Source: Monocercomonoides exilis PA203
Lineage: Eukaryota > Protista > Preaxostyla
Length of the DNA: 64,000 nt
Direction of reading: 5' to 3'
Assembly (NCBI GenBank): GCA_001643675.2
Contig: LSRY02000016.1
Coordinates: forward strand, 434,001-498,000
The first letter of the stretch is position 1, and every line of letters starts with the position of its first letter. Of this stretch, positions 31,118-45,000 are shown one piece after another. The position numbers and the translations under genes are program-made. The notes beneath the pieces are model-generated. The model searched no databases. It saw nothing but the letters and a program-made list of their open reading frames with translations, and was not told the origin of the DNA.

Positions 31118-32391
31118 ATGGAAAAATATCGCTATACAAAACAGTTAGGAGACGGTACATATGGAAGCGTTGCAAAGGCCGTGAATACAGAGACACTGGA
31201 AATTGTTGCAGTAAAGGAAATGAAGCAGCGGTACAAGAGTTGGAGACAATGTATAGAGTTGCGAGAAGTGCAAGCTTTGCTGCAGTTACATCATCCGAAC
31301 GTGGTGGGATTGAAGGAAGTTGTTCGCCAGGGGCAAACACTTTTTTTTGTGTTTGAGCACATGGATGATAACCTGTACCAAATCATGGCTGGAAGAGAAA
31401 CTCCACTTCCAGAGACAAAAATTAGGAACATGATTTACCAGCTTCTACAAGGATTGGCGTATATGCACAGAAACAATTTTTTCCATCGCGATATAAAGCC
31501 TGAGAATCTTCTTGTAAGTGGTGATACGCTAAAGATTGCCGATCTTGGACTAGCACGCGAGATCGACTCAACACCACCGTATACGGATTATGTGTCCACG
31601 CGATGGTATCGGGCTCCAGAAGTGCTTCTTCGAAGTGGCTGCTATAATGCTCCTGTTGATCTTTGGGCTGTTGGATGCATCATGGCTGAATTATACTCTC
31701 TCGAACCCTTGTTTCCAGGTGATACAGAGGTTGACGAATTATCAAAGATATTCGAAGTGTTAGGCACACCCACACAAGATTCATGGCCGTTAGGAGTAAG
31801 TCTAATTCAAAAAGCTGGTCTTAAGTTTCCAGTGGTTTGGCTATGATCTTCCTTTGAGATGATACTTTTCTATAACTTTAATTCATAGATGAAAAATTTT
31901 TTTTATTTTTTTTTTTTTTTTTGATTTTCATTTTTCTTTTCTTCGCTATTTTTTAATCATTTGAATCCTTTCTTTTTATTTATTATCTATCCCTCAAATA
32001 AACTATTCTCTTCAAATAATCCAATGAATTCTTGTTCCAGCAAGAAAAGGTGCCTTTATTTGCGCTGCTACCTTCTGCAAATTCAGACGCCGTTGATCTG
32101 ATGGAACGATTGCTTTTTCTGGATCCATCTAAAAGGCCAACTGCTGCAGAAGCGCTTCGGCACCCTTTCTTTACAGTTAGTGTTTACCGCTCAGTGCGTC
32201 CCTCTTCAGATGTCACAACATCAACAGATGTTGCACATTTACAAGACAGTCTTTTGACGGACAATGTTACAGACAGAGCTACTACTGGAAAAGGAGAGCG
32301 CCCACCAACTGCAGCAGCAGCAGAAGAGGAAGAAGAAGAATATGAGGAAGATGGAAATGAATATGATGAAGAGCAACCAGAAAAAGGATGA
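31118..32391 (+). CDS. MAK/ICK (RCK-family, CMGC) Ser/Thr kinase, 1 intron (~31835-32040)
   Basis: MEKY..KQLGDGTYGSV, VAVKEMK, LREV, HRDIKPEN, PPYTDYVSTRWYRAPEVLLRS. Exon 2 supplies DPSKRPTAAEALRHPFF. Confidence 0.93.
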
Positions 32392-33005
32392 GAGCAAGAA
32401 TGGAATCGTGTTTGATTTCATGTGAGCGTTTGTGTGGACATTTAAATATTTAGTTGCAAAAATTTAGAAAGTACATAGTTGCAGAAATTGGTTAACTTGG
32501 TGATAGCTTTTGATTCATCTGCCATTTTTATGAAGCAATTTGCATAATCTTTTTGTTAATCACAAAGTATTTCCAGGAAACAAATAAAATCATCAAAGCA
32601 ATTTCACCATCACTTTCTTGTTCGGTTTTCAAAAAAAAAGTTAATTTGTAAAGGATTTTAATGCAAATGATTGATATGAATCAAGTCAAACGCTTTATTA
32701 TTTTATTAATTTTCAATAATTAAAAACAAAAAGAAATTATTACAATAAAAAAAGAAATTTATTCACAAAAAAAATTCTGAAAATTTTTAGAGGCTAAAAT
32801 GCTTTACAGAAAACTCCAACCAATAACACATTCAAACAAAAAACATTGTTTAAGTTCTGTAAACAATCCAAAACAGAAAAAATAAAAAAAATAAAAAAAT
32901 TACCGCAATAAACAGAAAAATATATACAAATCAAAAAAACGATTCGTCGAAACTGAAAATTAAAATAAAAAAGTTGATTTGAAAACAATCATTTTAAAAA
33001 ACAAA

Positions 33006-36000
33006 TTATGCATATGTTCCATTTGCACAAGAAACCCCAAGTCCTGAACTTCTTTGTTGGGCCAATGAGGTTAAAGAGGAAAGCTCTCTTGAAGCTTCCT
33101 GAGTTTTCTGTCTCGCATCCTGAAGGGCATTCTCCAAAGTGTTCAGCTTTATCTGCATTTCCTTCACAGCAGACATTGCCACAACTGCATTCCTTATGCG
33201 CATTGCAGACTCAGCAGTGATTGCAGCTGCTGTCGTGTCTTTGGCATCTTTGCTATGCTGTTGGCGGATAAGCTCGTTCTTCGTCTGCTCCCGCATCGTC
33301 CGAATGACCGAAAAACTCTGCCCAACAGGAAAGATCTTAGTAGCCATCGGATGCTCTTCTGTTGTTATGTACGCCAACTGAAGCGATTCTGTTCCGCTTA
33401 TCTTGTCCTCTGCATGAATGTCCTTTGCTTTGGCCTCCAAAAGAGAAATGAAGAAGTAAATGTAGTCATTTGGATTGTGCTCGTGATGCACATGCACTTC
33501 AAAGCCTGTGGCCATCTTGTCCAAATCGTGTCGAGAAAGCCCACAAATCAAGCACATTCCTTTCTTCGTCTCTTCTGTTGCTGCACGAGCAGAACGCATA
33601 TCTCCCAGAGCATCTACGATGATAGCAAGAAATACATTCATCAAGATAATTGGCACCATCGCCCAGAACAAGAAAAGAAAGATGGCATCGATGGTGCTTG
33701 TTACAAGCAGCCATCCAACAACCTCAGCACCACCAGCGGGAACTGCCCAAAGCAAAGACAAGAAGCAAGTGCCGTATGACTCACAGATGTTGCCACCATC
33801 CTCATCCAGCATTCTGTTTGGAAGGAATCCAACCACAAAATGGGAAAATATTCCAATCACAATCAAAATCACAATTCCAACCATCGAAAGGATGCTTGCA
33901 TTGTTTGCAATAGCTTTGATCATAAACCTCAGAATTGGCATGTCCTTGACAAAATCGATCACAAGGAAGCAGAAGAAGTACGGTTCAACTGCAAATCCCA
34001 GCACAGTGATGACCAGCTGAAACACCACATAAGCCAAAGACCCGCTCAACGTGCAGCGTATAGCCACATACACCTTTTTGTACCAAGGCTGCTTCCGAAG
34101 CTCCCACTTCCTGTCTTTGCACTGCTGTGCTATTCGATAATTCCTCATCCGCTCAAAGAACACCACAAGATTGTTCATCAAGAAGAACCGAACAGAAGAA
34201 TAGGCACACAAAACAAGCTGCACAATTCCAAGAATCCTCACCAATATGGGAATGAGATAATCCCTAATAGAAATAGGTATTTCATCGATATCAAGCATCA
34301 GCAACAGCAAATTAATCACCAGAATTACAAAAGCCGATAGAATTCTTGCGAGCATCCCCAATGTTTTGTTCAAAATCAACTTTGTGTATTTCATATTGTT
34401 CAGTGTGTGTGCAAATGCCAAATTCTGATAGAGGCCAATGGATTTTGAATGCAGAACATTCAGTCGCTGTGTGTGCTCTTCTTGATCCCAGCTGACGTCA
34501 ATCACCTGTTTGAGCTCTGCTTTGCTTGCTTCTTCAGCCAACGACGGCTTCTCAAAAAATACAAGCTCCACGCTCCCTTTGTCTGACTGCTCTGCATCGT
34601 CTATTGCTCCTCCGCCATTCACAAGTGGAATGCCAGTTGGAGCATCTTTCTTTGCTGCGACTGATGAAGCACTTTCTGCACTTGAAGAAGCCATGGGAGA
34701 AGGAGAAGCAAGACTGGATGGCTTTTTGTAGGATCCACGAGATATATGTGTTGGATTGAAGAACTCTTCATACGATTCCTTAATGTAGTTTTCTCCATCA
34801 TCTGTGTCTGACTGATAAACACGCACAACCTCCACCCTGCACAGCTTCTTTGAAAACAGCGGGCAGGTTGTCTTATACTCAAGCATCTCAGTTTCGATCA
34901 CTTTGCTTTTAGTGGTTGCAGCAGAGATATACGCAGCAACCTTCATCAGCTGCATTCCGGTCTTCAATGACTGCTCTCTTGCCACTTCACTCTGATTGCT
35001 CAAAACAGGATGTCGCAGAGAAAGTGTATGAAGGCAATGCAGTGTGTGGATGGTCTTATGTATCTGCTGGCCGAGCTGTGCATTTTCAAATGCCACTGCT
35101 TGGGTTGTTCGTTGGGGTCCTTCCAGCAAGGCAAGGGTGAGATAAGCTGCGTCGTTAAATAATGAGAACTCTTTTTCTCCAACAGTCTGATACGATGCAA
35201 GTGTCAGCACAGACTGAAGATTCTCATCCAATTGAGACAAAGGCAGAGGAATGGCTGAAAGTGGTGAAAACATCGCAGTGAGTGACCCAATTCCTTCTGA
35301 TTGCAGTAGCTTGTAATGCGAATGCAGCATCATATCCTCCTTCGCCTGTGGTGTCATCTGTTGCGAATTCAGTGCTGCTGCTTCTTCCTGTGCCTGCGCC
35401 TCCTTCTCCAGTTCTTCTTTACTTTTACGGGAAAACAATGAGGTAACTTTGCTAAATGTTGCCTTTCCCAAGTTTCCGGCACTTGATAAAAATCCCTTTA
35501 TTGAGAGAAGGTTTGTTGATGAGCTCTTTGGAATTAGTTCACTTGAAACGTATGTTGTCATTGGTGCAGTGAATGAAAAGCTCAATGAAAACAATCTGTT
35601 AAGAATTGGAAGTACACCACATTCAGTTGCATGGAGCTGATTAGAAATCGAAGGGCCTGTGATGAGAAGAAGCAGTGTGTGTAGCGATATGTGAACGCGT
35701 GCAGTGTCCATCCGTCTGACCCAATTTTGAGTACCGCGTGAAGGAGGAAGGAGAACACCCAAATGCCGAATAAGACTCGAAATCAGGTCAAACTTCTGTT
35801 CGTGAGGAGGATGGACTGGTGCGCGTGCGATTGGAGAGAGAGCCACAAGTGCGAGAGGAGACGCTTTCATCGGCTGGAGATTAAGTGGAGTGGAAAGAGA
35901 CGTGATGATCGGAGCAGACAGCTGTGATGCCTCAGATAAGCCATCAGCATCACCAGATGCTTCAGAGCTGTCTTCATCAACCCACTCGTTGTATGACTTG

Positions 36001-39000
36001 CCCTCTAAGTATCTGTAATAGCCCATCGAAATAAGCCGCAGCTGAGCATCATACAGTCGCGTTGCACATGCTGCTGCTCCTTTCAGAGGGCGGGCACCTG
36101 AGCTGCTTCTGCTGTTGTTGAGATTCGATGCTCTGTCTTCACTGCTTCCAACAGAGGAATCAGAAGCAGCATCGTAAAATCCTCCGAAGATATTCTGGGC
36201 GATCCGGCTGTGGTTGCTTAACAATGAAGAGATGAACTTCATCGACAGATCGATAAATGTTCTTTCGGTAAACTGCTCCTTTTGCTGGTTAGAATCCTCT
36301 GAAATGCTGTTTCTAGCGGAATAGTTGGCTTCTTCTTCATTAAAATCAACAATTGCATCAGAAGAAGTTGAATGTCCTGCTTTCGAACCATTTTCCAGTG
36401 TCAGCATTTCGTTCAATGTCCAACTGTTCTCGTTGCCCAACAACAGTGACTTCTGAACTTTATCTGTGATTTGATCGATTGAATGTGTCAGACGAGGCAG
36501 GAAGAGCCAGTCAGCCCCACGCAGAAAATGAAGGATCAGCGAAAGAGATGCATGAACAACCTCAAAATTGACTTGATTGATAAAATCTGTGTTTACTTTC
36601 CTTTTTCTTTCAAACAAGCTCCCTGATTTCTTTTCCTCATCTTTTGGTTTATTTTCGTCATTTGAAGAATTCTTTGTCGAGTCAATTGAACGTTTACCTT
36701 TCTGCATTGTGCTGCCATTGTTCCCATTCTCTCCTTCTTTTGCGCTCGTTGATCTGATCTTCACATCTGCATCCACATCATCTTCAGAATCTGATTCAAG
36801 ATCATTCGCTTGCTCTTCTCCATCGGCATCTGTCTGCAATTGCAACGATTCATCTTCATCAACAACACCTTCATCTGCAAACAACACTTCGTCTTCTGGC
36901 TTTATACGAACACTCTTTTTGTACTTGGTGCTTTTCATCTTTTTCAGCCTCTCCTTTTCTGCTTTGTCTGCATCTGACTCATCTTCCACCACTTCCTCTG
37001 CAACTCCAATGTCTTTGATTCCCAAAAGCGTCAGCACAGTTGTCAGTGCAGTGCATGCAACAACCATGTTTGGTGATGCAATCTGCAGCATGCATCCCTT
37101 CAGACACCCATCCCGCGTCATCTTCTGCCTCAGCTTCGCTCTGTTCTCAGCACCCTTTGTTGACTCAACAACGTTTGTGAATGCGCGAAGAAGGAACACA
37201 ACCAGCCTTTCGTTGTTTGGCAGTACAAACACTGGCAGCTGCACGATAAGTCGCCGAAGTTTCACTGGATTTCTCGAGGCGACTTTCAGCTCCTCCAAAA
37301 ACTGAGATGACTCAGACTCAATTCGAGACGAAAGCGAAGACTGGATTGTGCTTGAGAACATTGACCACTTCATCAGAAGCTCATTCCGTGCAACGCTGAG
37401 CAGCTCGTTTGTCCGATACGCATTCGGCTTTTGCTTCGGAAGTGCATTGTACAGCTTCATGTGATACTCTGTTCGCAGGTTGTCTTCGGGGAGATGCTCT
37501 GGATCGTCTTCGTGAGGGGAGTAAAGAACTCTCATGTCATCGTCTTGATCATCCACTGCTTCAACAACCTCGTCTGGCTCTTCCATTTGAGGACGCGTCA
37601 CATTCGGCACAAATAGAAGGCCCTGTGGCAGTTCCACTTGAGGCTGTTGTCCATCTTCATACGAAGTCGATGGCTGGCAACCAGAAATGGCAGACACAGC
37701 AGCTGGCGTTCCGCTTCTGCTGTCTTCAGGATTTCCACTGGCTCCTCCAAAAGTCCCGTTTTCGTCCTCCATCTGGCGCTGCATGGAGAGCTGTGGGCCG
37801 ATCTGCTCGATTGTGACGCCGACTGATAGAAGAGTGGAGAAGTCATCGAGAAGTTGTGTTCTTTCTGATTCTTTCATTTCGAGCCATTTGTCGCTGGATG
37901 TGGGCAATGGAGCTGGCAGAGCTTTGTCTTTTCCTTTCTTCGGCTTTGCAAACTCTGCTTTTCGAAGTGTTTTTGAGTTGGATGATGATACAAGAGCTGT
38001 TGAAGAAAATGATGATTGTGCAGAAGATTCAGCTTTCTCATTTGCTGCATCTGCAGTTGGCGGAATGCCAATCGCATCCAAAAAGTTGCGCAGTCTGTTA
38101 TCAACGCCAAAGCACATTGTTCTTCTCAATTTCATTGACTCTCTGCAATCCAGCATCAGATCATTTGCCATGTTCACTCTATTTTGTGTGTGTGGAACAA
38201 GAACAGATTGCAAAAGGAAAGAGGACTGAGAAGAGAAGAAGAGAGACAAGGAAGTGTCAAGAGACGAATAGGAATATGAAGAGAATCGCTTTGTTGTTGC
38301 AGCACTCACAACAGACAGCACCATCGATGAACGCGATCCAACAGAAGGTGAAAGAGAAGAGAAAGCGCTGCTTTGGCTGTCACCTTGGATTGCAAGTGCA
38401 TTCCGATCAACAACAAGCGTTTTCAGTCTTCCAAAAGACGGGGGAAGCGAACGAGGAATGTGGTTTAGATATGGCAGGGCAACAGCATCCCACGCGAGAT
38501 CAGCTTCTTCATCAGAACAGTACAAAAGCGAGTGAACAGCTGAATGTTCGCCTTCTGTCGATGCATGTTCAGATTTGTTACCAGAGACAGAGTTGTATGA
38601 ATGCAGCACATTTGGATTCTGTGCATCGATGATGTCATATCTGGGTAGCGCAGGTGAGTATGGATTGAGTGACATTGTTAATCTTGCAGCATAAGCATTC
38701 AGATCAGCCAAACACAGCAGAGGAATGTGGATAATAGCAGCAAGATGGAGTGCTGCTCGTGTTGTGGTCGATCGCTCAGCCTCTGAAATGATAGAGAAAG
38801 CAGTGTGCCCACGACGCAGCGCAAGAGGAACTGGCGGAAGATCAAACGTGGGGAAAGAAGTTAGAGCAGCTGCTGTGTTGGCTGTGAGTGATGCAACGTT
38901 GTGTGGTGAGTGTGCCAACATTTCGAGAAACTCTTCCTGTCCATTTGCCATCGGAGGCGGCTGAATTGCAAGCATCTTCCCGAATCTTCTTACGCCTTCT

Positions 39001-42000
39001 TCCAGCTGCTCTCCTCGCAAATCGGCAAACATCGCACCAAACGCCTCGCCCCACTCGTCTGCTTTGCCCAGCGCTTCTGTGCTGTCATCGACGGCAGCAT
39101 AATCGCGATACAGATCTTCTTCTCTGTCAGTTACAAATATCTTCATCTTCGTTTCAATCAGCTTGTCAACTTGTGCTTCTGCAGGCTTTTCATTCGAAGC
39201 TTCTTTCTCTTGTTTTGCTTTAGATTTGCTATCTCCTTTATTCTTTTTTATTATCTTAGTTTCTGGTACATCGCAAAGCGAACGATTAGCTTTCAATCTC
39301 CAATCAGAGTAATTTTGGAGTGGATAAGGCAGGTTTCCATCGATGTCGCGAGGAGGGTTGCACCGAAGAAAGATGGACAGAGGTTGAGCTGCACGCACAG
39401 TGAATGCAGATAGTGTGAATGAAGAGTTGACAATTGGGCATGATGGATTTGTCTGGTCGGTGATTTCAGAAGAAGGAATGATCAGATAAGCAGATGATGA
39501 GTGCTTTGCCTGGGGAATGTTGCGCTGAATGTTCTGTGCATTTGGCGATGAAGAAGAAGCAGAAGCAGAAGAAGTGGAAGAAGCAGAAAAGGAGTTCACA
39601 CGCTTCAGACAGCCTGTTATTGTGGACAATGGAATTGACTGCCGCAGATGAGACTCGATCAATCGAAGGGCAGCAGACAAGGCAGGCGTGAAGCACTCGA
39701 ACATCAACAGAGATAGAATGCGTAGACTGTCACGCATCGACTCAATAACAACAGGATTGGCTGCTTTTCTCTGTGACTTGCTGTCTCCAGTTGTGTTACG
39801 AGAAGAAGACGCTGAGGCAGAAGAGAGTTCTGAATTGCGCTGATAATCCGGGTCAAAAAAGGCATCTTCAGAAGGAATGCTCAAAGGTGGGATACGATCC
39901 TGGAAGTACTCTTCGTCTGCTCCAATCAGCAGCCAATCTCTCTCACACTCTTCTTCAGGTGTGTACTGAGGTTTTCCACAGCAGTTCGTATTGTTCCGTT
40001 TTTTTGTGCGTCTTTGGATCTTTTTTGATGAGGAATTAGAACGAGAATATGAATGGGAAGAGTCTGAAGAGGAGCCTGATGAAGATGATGTGTCATCTAT
40101 CAGAGGATAAAAGACAGGGAATCTCTTTGAATTCGCTCGTGTTCTTGCTGATGAAGAAGAAGCAGATGCAGTTGGCAGAGAAACAAGAGGAGAAGTGTGG
40201 TGAATGTGGGTGTTGTCCTGCGGAACCAACGACAACACATCGAAGAATGGCTGAAATAGATGGCGATGCGAATAAATAATGTTGGCTGTTTTGCCTTCTC
40301 CTTCTTGAATGCTGCCACTTTCACTCAAATGCGATGATGAAGCTGACAATGAGCTGTTGTTGTTCACAAGATAATCTGTCTTTCTCTGCCTCGGCGCAGA
40401 AAACTTTTCATCATCTGTGTCATATCCAACAATTCCACTTTGACTATTGTCTGCTCCATTGCTATTATTCCCATTAGCAACTGAAGCACCCCCCAGCTTA
40501 TTGTTTTTCCCGCTTCTCATTTTTGGCCCTTCTGTCACTCTGACAACAGCAGGAGGCACATTCCCCAGCCCCAAAATAGCGCACACAGCAGCAGATGCGA
40601 TGGCCTGTGACCGAATGGCAGTGGAAGTGAGTGAAATAACAGAGAGAATCTCCGAAGGGCGCGAGAGATGGGTGAACGGGAACGATAGATGGACAGCCGT
40701 TACTGCGTGCCAAAGGGACATCACCAGCGGCAGAGGAAGAGAAGAGACGAGCGGAGGAGCCAGAAACGCAGCGAGTGTGGAGATGGGCAGCAGACGGCGG
40801 GCGAACAGCCGGCCTTCCTGGTGCTCTCCGTAGCAGAGGGCAGACATCAGGTCAATACACGCCAGTAGATACGCAAAGGCTGTCTCACCGCTACATGCAT
40901 CGAGGGCGGGGTCTGAGAAGTTTCTGTCGTATGAACAGAACAAGGAAAGGGCAGCTTCACCAGCATGGAGATATTGAGAAGGATCTTCCCTTTCAGAATC
41001 AAGGGTGAATTTGTGCACTAAATGGGTGCTTTGTAACTGACTTTGGCGTGCAAGTGCTGTTGAATTGGATGAAAGAGAAGAAGAAGAAGAGGAAAGAGGA
41101 GATACAACAGCAGAAGTTGGTATTTGCGAGTGCTGATTAGACGCATTCTTTGAATTATTCTCTGAAGATGCACTGGCTGATCCATATTCATTCTGAACAT
41201 TGTTATATCCTTCGTTAAAATGCCCATCAGGATCGCCCAAACCTTCTTCATCTGGCTCGATCCCAGTTCCAGTAAATGACCATATTTCGCCTCTGATGTG
41301 GTCAAAGAGTGTAAGGCAGGTATGTGCGAGTGATGGAACATGACCTTTCCCTTCAGAATTTGCACTCGAAAGATCGCCAGTTGAACCAGTGGGACTTCCA
41401 AACTCAAACCCTTCGTCACCTTCGTCTCCTTCTCCCATCTCTAATCCTCCCCATCCTTCTTCTTTCTTAACTGAAATCGACTGCATGAATGAGTGGCTTT
41501 GTGAAAGTGCACGGAGAATTATCTCTTGGTTTCTCCGAAGAGGCTGCTCACGTGAACCGCATAAGAGAGCAAGGACACGAGGCAATGCAGGACGGTTGGA
41601 AAGAGAAAGATAGGAGTTGTTGAGAGGCAGACATGCGGTCTGGACATCCTTCAGTGGAACAGAGGCAGCGATGTCAGGCACGCGGAGCATCCTAATAAGC
41701 AATGGCTCGGCACCACATTGCACCGCCTTTGGATTGAACAGCAGGTGGAGCATTGCCTTTGCAGCGACGTGTGTCATGGAGTTTGGCTTTGATGCTTCTG
41801 GAAGGGACTCTCCACGAAGGAGGATGAGCAGGGCATGGTTGAGTGAATGATGCACTGTGTAAAGGCTCTTCCGATATGGCAGGCCAGCGATGGTCTTCGC
41901 GAGTGCTGGCACAACAGCCAAAGAGGAAAACAAGGGAAGAAGATACTGTCTGGGCACTGAATCCTTTCTGAGCACAATTCGAGCAGAGAGCATCTCTGCT

Positions 42001-45000
42001 GAACACGATGAGGAGCTGAACGAAAAGCGGAGAGCAGCCGAGATCGAAGTGAGAGCAGAGTGCTGAGAAGCAGTTGCAGTGAACGTGGTGAGCTTTGAGC
42101 GGTTCGACCCGTAGCTCAGGAAAGATGCCCCTTCAACTCCAGAGTTAGATCTGGTGTGTGAATAATGTGCCATGCCCTCAGACCGTCCAGACAGCAGCGA
42201 CATTCCGCTGATGCTCTGAATCTCTGACATCCCTTCTCCTCTTGAGCTCTGTGAGTATTCGTCTTCATTACCAGCACTGGCGCTCTCCTGCCGCTTGCCG
42301 TTCAGCCCTTTCACAGCCACCTCTGCCAGCTCGTCCAGCACGACACATCTCATCTGGTTGATCTCTCTGCTCGAGTGGTGCGACATCAGCGTCTGGAACT
42401 GCCGCAGCAGTGCCTTCACATACTTCTCCAGATCTGACCCACCTGCCTCAGTGACTGGGCGGAGGCCTTTAATGAGCGTGGCGAGGGTTGTGAAGTGCGA
42501 GCGCATCAGACGCTGCTGCAGCTGCAGCTTGTTCGTATTGGCGTCTGCAAACTGTAAAAGAGATGAAGATTGCGAAGAGCCTGTGGATGTGCCTGTACCT
42601 GTGGCTGAAGCTGTTGTATCTGTATATTTTCCTGTCTGTTTTGCGAGTGCTGATTGCGCTCCTTTCGCTGATCTCTTGTCAAATGCTGTCAAAAGCAGTC
42701 TTTCGAGCTTCTCAAACAGCACGTTGTTCTGAGTGATGAGTGACACATCCACAATCTCTGCAGTGCGGGGTGCCACATATCTCATAAACAGCTGCCAAAT
42801 CTTGTTCAGCACTGCCTCGCCGCGCTGCTGCTCCCAAATGTGCTGGATGTCTGTGACGACACTCTGGATGGACTCCATCAGATACACACATCTGTTGAGG
42901 CTGGCAATGGCAGAGGAGTTTTGGTCAGCTGGGAACGAAGACTTGGGCAGGCTGCGGGTGTATTTGTCCTTTGAGCGGCGATCGTGTGAGGAGAGAGCAA
43001 GGATGGAGGTGAAGTAGGCTCTTTTGAGTAACACCAGCTGAGATTGGATGGGAGTACCTATGCTTCTGGCAGAAGGCGATAAAGACTCAGGCGTCTGTCC
43101 ACGGGGAGAGGGATCAAAGGGCTTGCTCTCAGAGATCGATGAGGACGAAGGAGAGGGCAAGGAAAAGGAAACAGAACGAGAAGAAGAAGGAGAAGCAGTA
43201 GAAGAAGGAGATAACGATGAGGTTGATGATGATGATGAAAATGAGGCAGTGGGAGAAAGCGGAGAAAAGCTCAGTCCAGGTGAAGGGCAGCCGCCCATCT
43301 CAATGAACTTGCTGCTCTGTCTTGTGTGTGACACTTTGACATGTGCATCTGCTGTGTTGTTGTTTCTGATGTTTTCTTTGATCTCCTTCTCGTGTCTCTT
43401 CTTGACTGTGTATGTGATCCCTTTCATTCCCAGTGACAGCACAGCAAACACCCTCTCGATGACATCGGACTTGCTGAAGTCGCACTGATGAGTGGTGGTG
43501 AGAGAGAGGATGAGAAGACACGCCTCCAGCAGATTCTCCATAAAGGGCACACACTTCAGCAGACTCAGCACACGGTCAGAGGAAGTGTGGAATGAAGAAG
43601 AAGAAGATGAGGAGGAGGAGGAGGAATTTCCAAAGGGAGAAATGAATGAGGAAGGGGTGCTGGTGGGTGTTGGCACGTGCGATAATGTTGGATGTCTTGA
43701 AGATTTTGGTGTTTGCGAGACAGAAGCAGCATTCGATTGATTCTGTTGCTGTGATGCTTCTCTGCTTCCCTCACCAAAGAGGATGACGGCGAGTGAGTAG
43801 AAAAACGAGTTCAGCCACGAAATGAGACAGAGAGTGACCACGTGGCTTTGCGTGGATGTGGCGAGAGAGGAGAGATTAGACAGAGAAGAAGGGGAGAGAG
43901 AGGCTGTGGGGGTTTTGATGCCCGTTGAGAAAGAAGAAGAGGAAGAGGAAGTTGCAACACTTGCTGAGCTGGAGGAAGAGCGATGATGCACAAGAGCAGA
44001 GCCAGACAGATCAGTAGAGCCATCCACAAGCAGAGGAGGAGACAGAAGTGCATTCATCTCCAGCGGTGAGGCGATGCTAGCCACATCCGAGGGCTTCCTT
44101 CCTCTCTGTGAAGCAGCCAAGCTATTGTTATTGCTACTGTTACTAACACTGTCTGGGTGAATGTTGAGAATCGCTTCTAGTGAGCGCTCCTTCTCTCTCT
44201 GTGGTGAGGGAATCATGAATGTTTGCTTCCCTTCAAACACAACACGCTCAGATGCCAGCACGATGCAGCGACGAAGCAAAGACAAAGAGACAGCACGAGT
44301 GGAAGGAGGGACAACAGGAGAAGAGGCAACCAGATAGAGGAAGTGAGGAGGAAGACGATGGGATGTCTGGATGGTGTTGGCAGGCATATCTCCAGAGCAG
44401 AGGACATCGTACAGGCGGAGGGAGAAGTAGAGATAATGAGGGAGAAGACCAGTAGGAGACACAAATGCACCAGAGATTGCAGCATCTGTGTGTGCAGCGA
44501 CAGAAGCGATGTGCGAGTGGAAGGAAGAGTCCTCGTCGCAGAAGGAGAGGATGTTCATGCTGCCACAGGGTGTCCTCAGCACAAGATGTGCCACAATTGG
44601 CTGGGTAGAGTCGTATCTGTTGCATTCTGCACGGGCAAAGACACGGCAGCACTCTGCACACAAACACGGCGCCTTCCGGCGAGAGGCAGAAATCGCATTG
44701 GCTGCGTCTTTCCTGCCGCTCCGCTTGGATTTGGTGTCAGAGCCAGTTGAAGTGAAGATGTCAGTGTATCGAATGCCTTTGATGGAGGAGAGGATGGAGT
44801 GGGGGATGTGCTGGATGGGAGGGGCAGTGATAGTCAGGTCAGAGGGAAGCTGAGGAGCAGGCAGGAGACAAGAGGAGATGCCAGTGAGGGTGTGTGAATG
44901 AGGAGAGGAAGAGGTGGAGGAAGAGACAGGGGAGTGAGGTGTAAAGGCAGATGATGATGATGATGATGACATTGATGGTGTGTGATGTGTTGTATTGCGA

